DNA of 64,000 nucleotides, taken from assembly GCA_965240325.2 (NCBI GenBank), contig OZ251232.1, forward strand, positions 2,349,346-2,413,345, given 5' to 3'. This DNA is from Rebecca billardiae RCC1528. Its lineage: Eukaryota > Protista > Haptophyta. Below, piece after piece: positions 1 through 10,100 of this stretch. Position numbers and translations under genes: made by a program. The first letter of the stretch is position 1, and the number at the start of each line of letters is the position of its first letter. The notes beneath the pieces are model-generated. The model worked only from the letters and a program-made list of their open reading frames with translations, was not told where the DNA came from and did not search any database.

Positions 1-80
1 TGGGCGCCTGGATGAGGATGAGGTCGTAGTACGCGTCGCCGCGCGCCGGCCAAGCGGCGCGCAGCTGCAGAAGAGGGGCT
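1..80 (-). mobile_element. Partial copy (runs off the window) of the (TA)n-associated repeat element
   Basis: 1-80 is the reverse complement of 14724-14803 and 19199-19278 (AGCCCCTCTTCTGCAGCTGCGCG...CATCCAGGCGCCCA). Homology stops abruptly at TATACATATATATA. Confidence 0.85.
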
Positions 81-262
81 ATACATATATATATGACGAA
101 TAATAATATGATACCAATATACATATTCACTCTTAATGCCATCTGATACCAGTCAGTCGGAATATAGTTACTCGGTTAGTATAGTCGTCGTCGTAATTTA
201 TAATTATTAATAATAACAATATAATAAATCGGCGCCCGCCGGCGAATAACTGCCGCGCCGCG

Positions 263-1996
263 TCACAAGTCAATAGCAGTCGCGGCAGCGGCAGCCCTCG
301 GCATCGCAGCCGGCGCGTCGGGCGGACCGTCGGCCGCCGGCCCGGCGCCGGGCGCGGCTCCGCCGTCGAGCGCGGTCGGGCCGCGGGCGGCGACCGCGCC
401 CGCGCTGCCGCCCGCCGCGCCGCGGCACAGGTGCTTGCGCTGCAGCGCGCCGTGCGACCACAGCCAGCGCGCGTTGCCGCCGGCGCACGTGCGCGCCAGC
501 CCGGCGCGGAACGAGTCGGCGTGCGCCTCCGCCATGGCCGCCTGCAGCTCGGCGTAGCGCGTGCGGTTGTGCCGCGCGGCCACCGCCTCGTTCACCGCCG
601 CCCCAAACCCGGCCGAGCCCGCGTACTCGATCTGTCCTCGCAGCCCGTACGCCTCTGCGGCGGGGCGCCAGATGACGAGCGGGCGCTCGAGCGCGAGCGC
701 GAGCGCGATCGCGGAGCTCAGCTTGCCCTGGCTCAGGTACCGCCCGTCCGCGCGCTCGTCGAGCATCGGCAGCACGAAGTCGGCCGCGCGGCCAACGGCG
801 AGCCCGACCGACCACGGCCCGTCGGCGTGCGAGAAGAGAACGCGGCGCGGCCGCTGGGTGAAGGTGTGCAGGAAGTGCTTCTTGAGCGCGGTGAGGCCGT
901 GCTTCGAGCCGCGCACCACGAACCCGAACACCGTCAGCCCCACCGGCGCCGGCGGGTCCACCTGCCGCAGCGCGCCCCAGTTCTTGCTGCGGAAGTCGAC
1001 GCTGCTGAACGCGGCGAAGCGCACGCGCGCCGTGCGCTGCGCGGCGCGCGCGCGCGCCTCCGCCTCCACGCGCGCGCCGAGGTGCGCGGGCGTGAACCAC
1101 GACGCGCGCGGCGCGCCGCCGCCGGCCGAGCCGCCGCCCGGCCCGGGCGGCACGGACACGCCGCCGCCGCCGCCCGGTTTCGTCGGCTTCGTCGGTTTCG
1201 TCGCGTTCGAGTCCTGCTGCTCCCGGACAAATTCGTACGCGACGCGCGTGAAGGCGAGCGGCAGGATCGGCGCGGCGTACCGCGCCTCGAGCGGGCGCAC
1301 GCCGCGCCACAGGCAGCCGGGCACGTTGTGGCAGCCGCACAGCGCGGGCGCGCGCGCCGCGCCGCGCCCAGCGCCCAGCGCCCAGTCGAGACGGCGCGCC
1401 GCCGCCGCCGCGCCGCCCGCCGGGTGCGGGTCGCACGTCTGCACGAGCACGAAGAGCAGGCGCGGGTCGGCGGCGAGGCACTCGGCCGCGCGGCGCTTGA
1501 CCACCGTGAGCCGCGGCTCCGCGCCGAACGAGAGCAGCTCGTCCATCCCCACGCGCGCCGTCATGTTCTTCGCGCGCACGCGCGCCACGTGGACGAAAAC
1601 GTGCGGCGCGCCGAGGCCGAGCGCGAAGCGCACGGACGCGGGCAGCACCTCGACGTGCCAGCCGAGCGGCTCGAGGAGCAGCGCGAACGGGCCGCGCGCC
1701 ACCGGCTCGGCGCACGGCGCCTCCGCCGCCGCCGCCGCCGCCGCCGCCGGAGCGAGCGCGCTCGCGGCGCGCGCGGCGAGCAGCGCGAGCGCGAGCGGCG
1801 CGGCGCGGCGGCAGCCGCCGGCCGCGCGGCGGAGGCCGGGCGGCGCGGTGCGGCTCGCGGGCGCGAGGGCTGCCGCTCGGCCGGGGGGCTGTCCGACGAC
1901 CCCGTCGGGGCGAGCCCCAAGCCGGCCAGCCCCGTGCCCCGCCCCTCGCCGCCGCGCACGACGAGCGCGCGTGCGGAGGGCCAGGGCCGCCGCCAT
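263..1996 (-). CDS. Hypothetical membrane-anchored protein, possibly GT-B glycosyltransferase-like
   Basis: ATG at 1996 in the 263..2365 ORF, host-like codon usage and a hydrophobic segment (PLALALLAARAASALA). The C-terminal ADFVLP...KLSSAIALALALERPLVIW loosely resembles a GT-B donor-binding region. Start and function uncertain. Confidence 0.65.
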   Translation of the reverse strand: MAAALALRTRARRARRRGAGHGAGRLGARPDGVVGQPPGRAAALAPASRTAPPGLRRAAGGCRRAAPLALALLAARAASALAPAAAAAAAAEAPCAEPVARGPFALLLEPLGWHVEVLPASVRFALGLGAPHVFVHVARVRAKNMTARVGMDELLSFGAEPRLTVVKRRAAECLAADPRLLFVLVQTCDPHPAGGAAAAARRLDWALGAGRGAARAPALCGCHNVPGCLWRGVRPLEARYAAPILPLAFTRVAYEFVREQQDSNATKPTKPTKPGGGGGVSVPPGPGGGSAGGGAPRASWFTPAHLGARVEAEARARAAQRTARVRFAAFSSVDFRSKNWGALRQVDPPAPVGLTVFGFVVRGSKHGLTALKKHFLHTFTQRPRRVLFSHADGPWSVGLAVGRAADFVLPMLDERADGRYLSQGKLSSAIALALALERPLVIWRPAAEAYGLRGQIEYAGSAGFGAAVNEAVAARHNRTRYAELQAAMAEAHADSFRAGLARTCAGGNARWLWSHGALQRKHLCRGAAGGSAGAVAARGPTALDGGAAPGAGPAADGPPDAPAAMPRAAAAATAIDL

Positions 1997-2127
1997 CGTT
2001 GGGCAGAAGCCCTCTCCGGCTTTTTGAGTTTTCGACAAGCCGGTCGGCGGTGGCAGTGGCAGCATGGCCGCCGATGGGTGTCCTGTGCGCTGCTCGTGCC
2101 CCTCGGCTGTCGCGCGCCGTCTTGCGG

Positions 2128-3267
2128 ATGGCGCCGCTTCTCGCAGCGCTCCTCTCAGCGACGCGGTGCGCGATCGCCGAGCTGCCGCCGCCACGCCCAT
2201 CGCCCTACGCCTGGCCGCGCGAGCAGACGGATGCACACACCGGCGCGCGACTGCGCGCCATCGCCGACGCGTACGCCAACGCGACGCGCCGGCCGTGCGC
2301 GTCGTCCATACCCGCCGTCGTGGGCGCGGGCTGCACGAGCCAGCTCCCGGCCCGCTGCACGCCACCGGCGATCGCGCTCGACGCGGCCTTTGAGGCGCGC
2401 GTGTGGCGCGAGTGCTGGGGCGCGATGGGCATGCTCGCGGTGCCGCAGCGCAGGCCGATGCGCGCGCGGCAGCTGCTGCAGAGGGCGCAGGGCTTCGTGC
2501 GCCTGTCCGCGGCGAAGCGCGAGGCGGAGCGCCCGCTGCTGCGCGACCTCGCCGCGCGCCCGCCGCGCCGCTTCGCCGAGTGCGCCGTCACGTCCGGACT
2601 CTACCCGGCCAACGAGTCAGACATCCCGGCGCTGGACAGGAGGCTGACGCGCACGCGCGGGCCGCTGATCCGGCCCAACCACATGTGCCGCGAGTCGATC
2701 CGACCGCGCGCCTCGCCGGGCAAGCGGCCGCCGTACCACCGCCGCCTCGTGGACATCAGCGTGATCAACGGCGGCGTCAACTCGAGGCGGGTCTGCGGCC
2801 CTTGCAACGTGGAAGTGGCGGCGCCGCGCACCGGCCTCGCGCTGGTCGTGCGCCCGCTCGGCACGCAGACGTACCTCGACGCGGGGAAGTGCCTCAACGC
2901 GAGCGAGCCCGAGCTCTCGATGAGCGTCACGTCGGCCGCGACGATGCGGCTGGCGCTCGTCCTCTCGGCCGCCTTCTCGGAGCGCGACGTCTTGCTCTAC
3001 CCGCGCGCCGACCTGCAGCTGACGCCGCAGGCCTCCACCGGCTTCCTTGCGGTTGTGTTCGCGCTGCTGCACTGCGAGCGCGTGGTGCTGTACGGCTTTG
3101 GCGGGCCGGTCGAGGTGGAGGGCCACCTGATGGGCGGCTCGCACGACCTGCTCGCCGAGCGGCGCGCGGTCGCCGCGCTGAGCGTGCCCAAGCACCAGTC
3201 GCGCAGCCGGCTCGTGCAAGAGGTGCTGATGGCCACCGGCGCGCAGTCCGTACAGCTCGTCTTCTGA
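2128..3267 (+). CDS. GT29 (sialyltransferase-like) glycosyltransferase
   Basis: Signal-like N-terminus MAPLLAALLSATRCAIA (alternative ATG 2074). Degenerate sialylmotif L (FAECAVTSG...LIRPN), motif S (ASTGFLAVVFALLHCERVVLYGF) and motif VS (HDLLAE). Confidence 0.8.
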   Translation: MAPLLAALLSATRCAIAELPPPRPSPYAWPREQTDAHTGARLRAIADAYANATRRPCASSIPAVVGAGCTSQLPARCTPPAIALDAAFEARVWRECWGAMGMLAVPQRRPMRARQLLQRAQGFVRLSAAKREAERPLLRDLAARPPRRFAECAVTSGLYPANESDIPALDRRLTRTRGPLIRPNHMCRESIRPRASPGKRPPYHRRLVDISVINGGVNSRRVCGPCNVEVAAPRTGLALVVRPLGTQTYLDAGKCLNASEPELSMSVTSAATMRLALVLSAAFSERDVLLYPRADLQLTPQASTGFLAVVFALLHCERVVLYGFGGPVEVEGHLMGGSHDLLAERRAVAALSVPKHQSRSRLVQEVLMATGAQSVQLVF

Positions 3268-3412
3268 GGAGCGGCCTGGGCCGCACCACTCGTACGGTCC
3301 CGGCCAGCAGAATGAAATCCGTGACGCCGATCCATAGCTTGAACTGCGTCCCCAAGGCGGCTGGCGGGGGCCTGGGGACGCCATCGCAACCAAGTGTGCA
3401 CGTTATAAAACA

Positions 3413-5656
3413 TACTACTCGGGCCGGGGGTTTGGCGGTAGCGAAGTTTGTCACTTTGACAAACTGTTTCAGCTTCGTCGGCGTGCGCTATTTTGAGCGC
3501 GCGCCTATGAAGGCAGCTGCTATTCAAAGGCGAGTCGCCTATGAAGCCGGCTCCTATTAATATGTGTCAATACCTTACGGGTACTTGGGAGCGGGCGCTC
3601 ATATGGCTCACCAGGCCGCGAGGCTGCGCCATGCCGCCCATCTGCACGTCGCCGAATCGGCCGCAAATCGGATGCGAGAGGCGAGGCGGAGGACGGCAGA
3701 CATTCGCCGTGAGCGTGGTGTCGATCCTTGTTGCGTGCGCCACCGTCGTGCTTGCTCCCGCCGCCGGGAAGCAGGCGCGCAAGCTGCCGTCCACGCAGGA
3801 GGACAATTCCTATCGTTCAACGCATGCGCCGAGCTCTCAATCCAAGTACATGGCGGTTGGGCGACCCTCTCGCCGTTCGTGGACGCTGCCATACCGTACT
3901 GCGCGAACTCTTGCTGCTACCTGCTCCGCCCAGCTGGCACGAAGGTGGGGCGCGAGGTGTTCTACTGGCAGACGTCTGGCAGTAGACACCCTGACCTCGC
4001 AGCTGATGCTTCCCTCAGTGTGCTGTCCCAGTTGACAGACATGTCGTGGCTTGCGTCTCGGGGGCAGGTATTCATCTACCGTAGCGCTTCGCCGAGCTAC
4101 GCCCTGCGCAAGCCGCCTCAGTGAGCGCCGCTCTGAAAGCCTCACCGACCTCTGCGTTCTATCGCGTGCCGCCTCATGCGTGATGCGGTTGAGCTGCCGT
4201 TGCACGCGGCGTGTGGCTCACACGTACGTGCGGAAAGCCGCATTGCCCTCGGCCTACGCCGCGTTCGACCGCGCGATGGGCGCGGGCACGCTCACCGGTC
4301 ATCGTGCGAATGAGCTGCGCGCGCTGATCGCCGGTGAGCTCAGAGCCGCGCGCGCTGCCGGCAGTCATCCCTGCGAGTGCTGCGGGGCGAAGCGGCGGGC
4401 GAGGCGCCAGCAGGAAAGCTCGCAATCGTCGACTCAGCGTTCGTCATGCTGCCCCCGCTGCCACCTGACGCGATTGGCCTGCAGTTGAGGGCGCCAAGGC
4501 GACGCTGCGCCCGCTCCTAGGGGCAACCGGCGGCTGAGGACGAGTCGAGCGATATGCAGTTTGACTATGACTATGAGCTGACCGTTGACGATCACGATGA
4601 TGCTACAGTACACGTACTACTACTGATGACGATTTTGACGCGCTGCTGGTCTCGGCGGTCATCAGCTGAGCCTGCGAGTGAGACTTGTTTCTCGCAATGC
4701 TGCCATCCGCCGCCGGATATGTGACTGCATGTGAGCCCACGATTATCACTTGAGCTCGGCGCCAGCCCGATCGAAAGCAGCCTGAGCCTGAGGCCCCGGG
4801 CCCGGACGGGCGGACAGTGACAAGCTGCAGACGACTCGACGATCAGCTGCTGACAGATGATCACGGCGACATGATGACGATGGGCGCAGTCGCGGAAGGC
4901 CCACCTGCCCCGGCCTACTTCAGGATGCGCAAAGGGGTGGTCAACATTAGATATCTGCTAAGGTGACAGGTGCTGTAGCCGTGGGCCGCAGCAGCGGCGC
5001 GCAGCGCGCATGCATGCATGCGCGCCTGACAGATGCTCCGGGCACGAATGATTGCCCTCAGCTCGACCCAGACGAGTTGAAGCATGGCAGAGTGGTGCCG
5101 TGCACACGTTCACATCGATGGCCTTGCGACCATACAGTCTTGCCTTGTACGCCCGCGAGGTCAAACCACAGCTGTGGCTTTGGATCCGAGGTCCGCCGAG
5201 CACCACCGCGGTACAGGCCCAAGCCTTGGCAGTGCGAGCAGTCCTCTTGAGTTCGGCGATCTGGAAAGCCTGCATCACCTGGCCCACAGCGCGCAGCATC
5301 GCGAAGCTGTGGGCCAGATCGATCCCCGTGCGAACAAGACCAAGGGCAATGCTCGCTACGTGTGAGCAGGTGCTGATTCTCCTACTGTACGGCACCCGCT
5401 CGGGAACTTGTGCCCCGGTCTCGACATCCGGGTATCGCCCGGATCATGGGCCGGGGTATTGGCCGCCGCGCCGCCCGTCCCATCAACGCAACAATCGGAG
5501 CTGCGGCCTGCTGCACCTCCGGTCCCGCGTCCTCCCCCGGCGCGGCCATCACCGTCGTGCGGCATGGATCGTCCGCCACAGTCCCGCGATTTTCCGAAAA
5601 ACCGGCGGCCGATTTTTCGGAAAATCCTTACCACCAAACCCCCGGCCCGAGTAGTA
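3413..5656. mobile_element. Non-autonomous TIR DNA transposon (~2.24 kb), probable TA target duplication
   Basis: TACTACTCGGGCCGGGGGTTTGGCGGTA (3413-3440) and TACCACCAAACCCCCGGCCCGAGTAGTA (5629-5656) are inverted, 27/28 identical. Subterminal palindromes at 3445-3465 and 5588-5626. The flanks rejoin into a motif seen intact at 12468-12503. No transposase recognised. Confidence 0.8.
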
Positions 5657-5686
5657 AACTGTAGGCGCTGGCGCCTGGCCGACACA

Positions 5687-6574
5687 ATGGCGTCGCTCGC
5701 AGCATGGCTGCTCGCGCTGGCGTGCGTCGCGCTGGCGGCGCTGCTGGCGCGGCGCGCGCGGCGCGCGCGGCGCGGCGCACCCGGCGCGGCGCCGCCGGCG
5801 GGTACGGCGTGCGGCCCGCCCGTGTGCGAGCTGCTGCTGCTCGACGGCTGCAACCTGCCGCTCGGCCTCGAGCTGCGGCCGAGCGGCGCGCCGCCGCGGC
5901 TGACGAGCGGCGGCGGCCGGCGCGGCGGCGCGTGCGAGGACTGGGGCGCGGTGCTCGCGGGGCTCAGCGGCGCCGACGCGCCGTTCGAACGCGCGAGCGT
6001 CCTCTTCGACGCGCGCAGCCCCGTCGGCGCCGCGCTCGGCGCGCGCGCGCGCGTGCAGCTCTCCGCGCGCGTGTGCGCGCGCTCGACCGAGCGGCGGCGC
6101 GCGAGCGCGGACGACGAGATCGTCGAGGCCGTCGCGGCGGCGAGGGCGGCGGGCGGCGGCGCGGCAGCGAGCGCGGCGGCGTGCTCGCCGCGCGACGCGC
6201 ACGCGGAGCTCGCCGCGCCGCCGCCGGCGCGCGACGGCCGCCGCCGGTTCTTTGTGCTGAGGCGCTCGGGCGGCGGCGAGCGCGCGCACGCGCGGCTGTG
6301 GCGCTTGCTCGGGCTCGTGCGGCCCGAGGCGGTGGCGTGCCTCGCGGCGCTCACGCCCGGGCTGCGCGAGCAGGGTGCGCGCGACGCGCTCGCGCTCTGC
6401 GGCCGCGCCGCGCCCTTCGTCCGCGCCTCGCGCGCCTCGCTGCCCGCCGAGCGCGCTGCGTGCGTCACCGTCTGCACGGACGACGTGCTGCTGGCGCGCA
6501 GGGTGGTGGACGCGGGCGGGCTCGCGCTGAGCTGGCGTCAGCTGCGCGCGCTCGTCGCGGGGGTGCGCAGGTGA
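5687..6574 (+). CDS. YacP-like NYN (PIN-fold) domain protein with N-terminal hydrophobic anchor
   Basis: Acidic motifs in NYN order: LLLLDGCN, VLFD, SADDEI, VCTDDVLLARRV..AG. N-terminus MASLAAWLLALACVALAALLARR. Confidence 0.75.
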   Translation: MASLAAWLLALACVALAALLARRARRARRGAPGAAPPAGTACGPPVCELLLLDGCNLPLGLELRPSGAPPRLTSGGGRRGGACEDWGAVLAGLSGADAPFERASVLFDARSPVGAALGARARVQLSARVCARSTERRRASADDEIVEAVAAARAAGGGAAASAAACSPRDAHAELAAPPPARDGRRRFFVLRRSGGGERAHARLWRLLGLVRPEAVACLAALTPGLREQGARDALALCGRAAPFVRASRASLPAERAACVTVCTDDVLLARRVVDAGGLALSWRQLRALVAGVRR

Positions 6575-7106
6575 CGGGCTGTACTCATTTCGCAGTGTAT
6601 CGACGATGATGGTTTCAGTAGCGCAGCGCGTTGGTCCGCGACAGCTGGCGGGACTCGGTCCGTGGCACGGCTTGCGACGAGTACCATCTCGCAGAGAGTT
6701 GCGGCCACCGCCCAGCTGCCAGCATGAGCGGGGCCTCATCGGAGCAGCTAGTCCCCTGCTCTATACAGCCTCTAACTAGGCGCAGACGCGGCTGCTTAGC
6801 AGGCCGGACGCCGATAAATTGCTGCTGCGCGCATATATAAGTAGCCGACGGCCCGCGCTGCCGGCGGCGCCGTGCCTGATGGCCGTAGGCGTAGCCACTG
6901 CCAGTCGAGAGCCCGGGCGGCGTCTGTCGGCGGCGCGGCCCGCGGGGCCGGCGTCAGCCACACTGCGGCCACCGCCCCATATATGAGGATGCGCGCATCA
7001 TCATCAATAACTCGCGGTGGCAACTCGCGTTGTCAGGGCGAGGCGACTATACTACGTACTGCTTCGGCAGAGCTGCTCTCCTCCTCATTAATGCCGCCGG
7101 CTCGCG

Positions 7107-10100
7107 TCATGCCGCCGGGCCGTGGGCGGACGGAGCCTGTGCGCTGCAGCGCGCCTCGTCGCGCTCGGCCATGCCCGGAGGCGCGCCCCGCTGCCGGAGG
7201 GCGCGCCACTCGTCCGGCGTGCGCAGGCCGTCTGTCAGCTGCGCCAGCGGCACGCGCACCGCCGCCATCGTGCAGTCGTTCACACCGTACCCCAGCATCA
7301 GCTCGGGTGCCGCGGTGGGCGCCAGCCTGGGCGCACGGCCGGCGCCGGCACTACCGCTGCTGCCGCGCGTCGGGTCGCGGCCGCCGTCGGGCCGACCGAC
7401 CCCGGGTGTGCCCGCCCCGCGTGTGCCGGCGTCGGGTGCGGCTGGCAGCAGCTGGAGCGAGAGCACGCGCTGGATGGTCTCGCACTCAGCGCTCTGCGCC
7501 AAGAAGGCCGCCGCCGCCTGCGGCGGTGCGCTCCACGGCCTCGCCGCCGCCGAGCGCAGCGCGGGCAGGCACCACTCCGGCCCCACGCGGCGCAGCGCGA
7601 ACGGCGGGCGCGCGTCCACCGTGAAGGCGAGGTGCGTGTAGTGGTGGCCATCCTTGGCCCAGCTGCGGCCCAGCTGCGCGCGCGCGAGCGCGGAGAGGTT
7701 GGCACCGCGCTGCCCGCCGCCGCCCGCCTCGCCGCCACCGCCACCGCCCTCGCCGCCGAGCGCTGCGGCGGGTGGCGGCCGCGGCGCCGGTGTGGGCGAG
7801 GGCTGGCTGGTACGCACCCAGCCGCCTTGGCTCCCGGACTCCTGGCCTCCTCCGCCGCCAAGGGTGGGCGAGGGCCGGTCCAAACGGCCGACGCAGAGCA
7901 GCTCCTCGCCGCCGGGCAGCGGCACCGGGCCGGCGGACAGGCGCACCCGCGACGCCCACGCCGCGGGCAGCGACGCCCACGCGCGCGCCGCGCGGTCGAG
8001 CCGCGCCGCGTCCTCGCCGCTCACGCCCGCGCCGCCGCTCGGCGCCAGCGGCGCGAGCGGCAGCGCGCGCTCGGGCAGCAGGCTGGCTGAGCGCAGCCCG
8101 GCGCGGTCTGTGTGCAGCTCGAGCTGCGCTTGGACGCGCATGGCGAGCGGCGCCGGCGCCAGGGACCACAGCAGGTGCAGCGCGCCGCCGTGCCAGAAGG
8201 GCAGCTGGTCGTGGCGCTCGCTGAGCCCGCCGGAGAGTCCGGTGCTCTGAGCCGCGGCCGCGGAGACGTTCAGGTACCCGCCGTGCGTGTAACCGCCGTG
8301 CGTGTCGGCGAGCAGGCGCGCGCGCAGCGCGCACGCGGAGCCGTCGGCGGCGAGCGGCGCGTCCCTGATGCACTCCAGCACAAGCGGCGCCACGGACACC
8401 ACCGCCGTCTGCTCGGGGCTCGCCAGCGGCCCGCTCTGCCGCAGGCCGCACGTGCACGCGCCCCACAGCCCGGCGCGGCCGGCGGCGCCGCCGCCGTTGC
8501 CGTCGGGCTCGCGGAAGAGGCGGCACTCCTTGAGAGCGCGGCAGCGGCGCGTCAGCAGCACTGGCCCTCGCGCGAGCTCCACGAGCGACGCGTCGAGCAG
8601 CGCGACGGCGCACGCGTCCGTCTTGCCGAGCTGCCAGGCGGGGCCGCGCGCCGCCCAGCCCGCGTGCCGCGGCGCGCGCAGCGTGCCGCCCGCGCGCGCA
8701 CACTGGCCCTCGCTCGACGTGAAGAGAGACACGAACGCCGCGGTGGGCACGCCGAGCGCGGCCGCCTCCTCCAGCCGCAGCGACGCGTAAGCGGCGTTCC
8801 AGCCGTCGAAGCGCGGCGTGGGCTCGGCCGGGCCCGCCGACGTGCGCAGCACGAGCGGCGCGGCGCACGGCGGGCCGCCACCGGCACCACCGGCTCCGCC
8901 GCCGCCCGGCTCGTCGCCGGCGCTGCTGCTGCCGGCCGCGCCTGGCCGCGCGCCGGGCTCACACAGGGCGAGCGGCGGGCACAGCGCGAGCTCGCCCGCC
9001 TCGAGCGGGCCCACGCCGTACAGCAGGGAAGGGTCACTGGGTGGCGGGGACGCCGCCGGGGGTAACGAGCGCCCTCTCGAGGCACCGGCGGCCTGGGTCT
9101 TGCTCGCCGTTGCGTTCTTCGCAATGCGGCCGTGCGCCTTTTTGGGTTTTTTATGAGGACGACGCGCCGCCGCGTGGCCGCCCGGCGGCGTGCAGTGGTG
9201 GTCGATCAGGCACGTGCTGCCGGTCCACGCCTGGAGCATCGGCGTGCAGCAGTCCCGCGGGAACGAGAAGCCGGACCACTCCTTGAACGCCTTCTCCTGC
9301 TTTGAGCCCTGGGGCCGCGCCTCCTTGCAGTTGAACGCGCCGCTCAGCGCGAGCACGCGCGCGCCCGTCGCGCGGATCGAGCGCCACAGCGGCGGCTGGT
9401 CCATCACCTCGATGGCGGACGAGGACGGGCCGCACCGGCTCTTGGCGTACGGGAAGCTCAGCCCCTCCACACACGGCGCGCTCGCGAACGAGCGCACCGC
9501 CCCCTCGTACTCCTCCGCCCAGCGCGCCCACAGCCGGTCGGTCCTGGGCGTGCGCCGCCAGAACAGCACGCCGCCGTTCACGCGCACTTCGGCGAGGCAG
9601 CCGGCATTGGAGGGCTTCTCGCCGCGGGGTGGGTGGCAGCGGAAGGCGTAGGCCGCGAAGTCGTACGCGCGGCCGAGCATCGCCTCGACCGCGAGCAGCA
9701 CCGCGCGCGCGTCGCCGCAGAAGTGCGTGTCCGTGTCCACAAACAGCGTGAAGTCGTACGGCGAGCGCATGATCGCAGCGATCTTGTGCCGGCGCTCGCC
9801 GACGAGCGTGCGGTTGGGCAGCAGCGAGAGGGGCTCGGCGGCGTGGCCCGTCAGCACGGCGAGCTCCACGCCGCGCCGCGCCGCGGTCGAGCCCATGCGG
9901 TTGATCATGTCGACGCCCTCGGCCGACGTGAAGAGCGTCACGGCCACGCCCGCCTCGCGCGCTGCGAGCGCGGCAGCTAGCGCCTCGCGCACGTAGCCCA
10001 TTTTGCCGACCGCCGCAAAGACGACGCCGTGCGACGTTTTCCGCTTATTCAGCGCGATCGGGCCCGCGCCGCACCGCGTCAGCCCGCACAGCCCGAGGAG

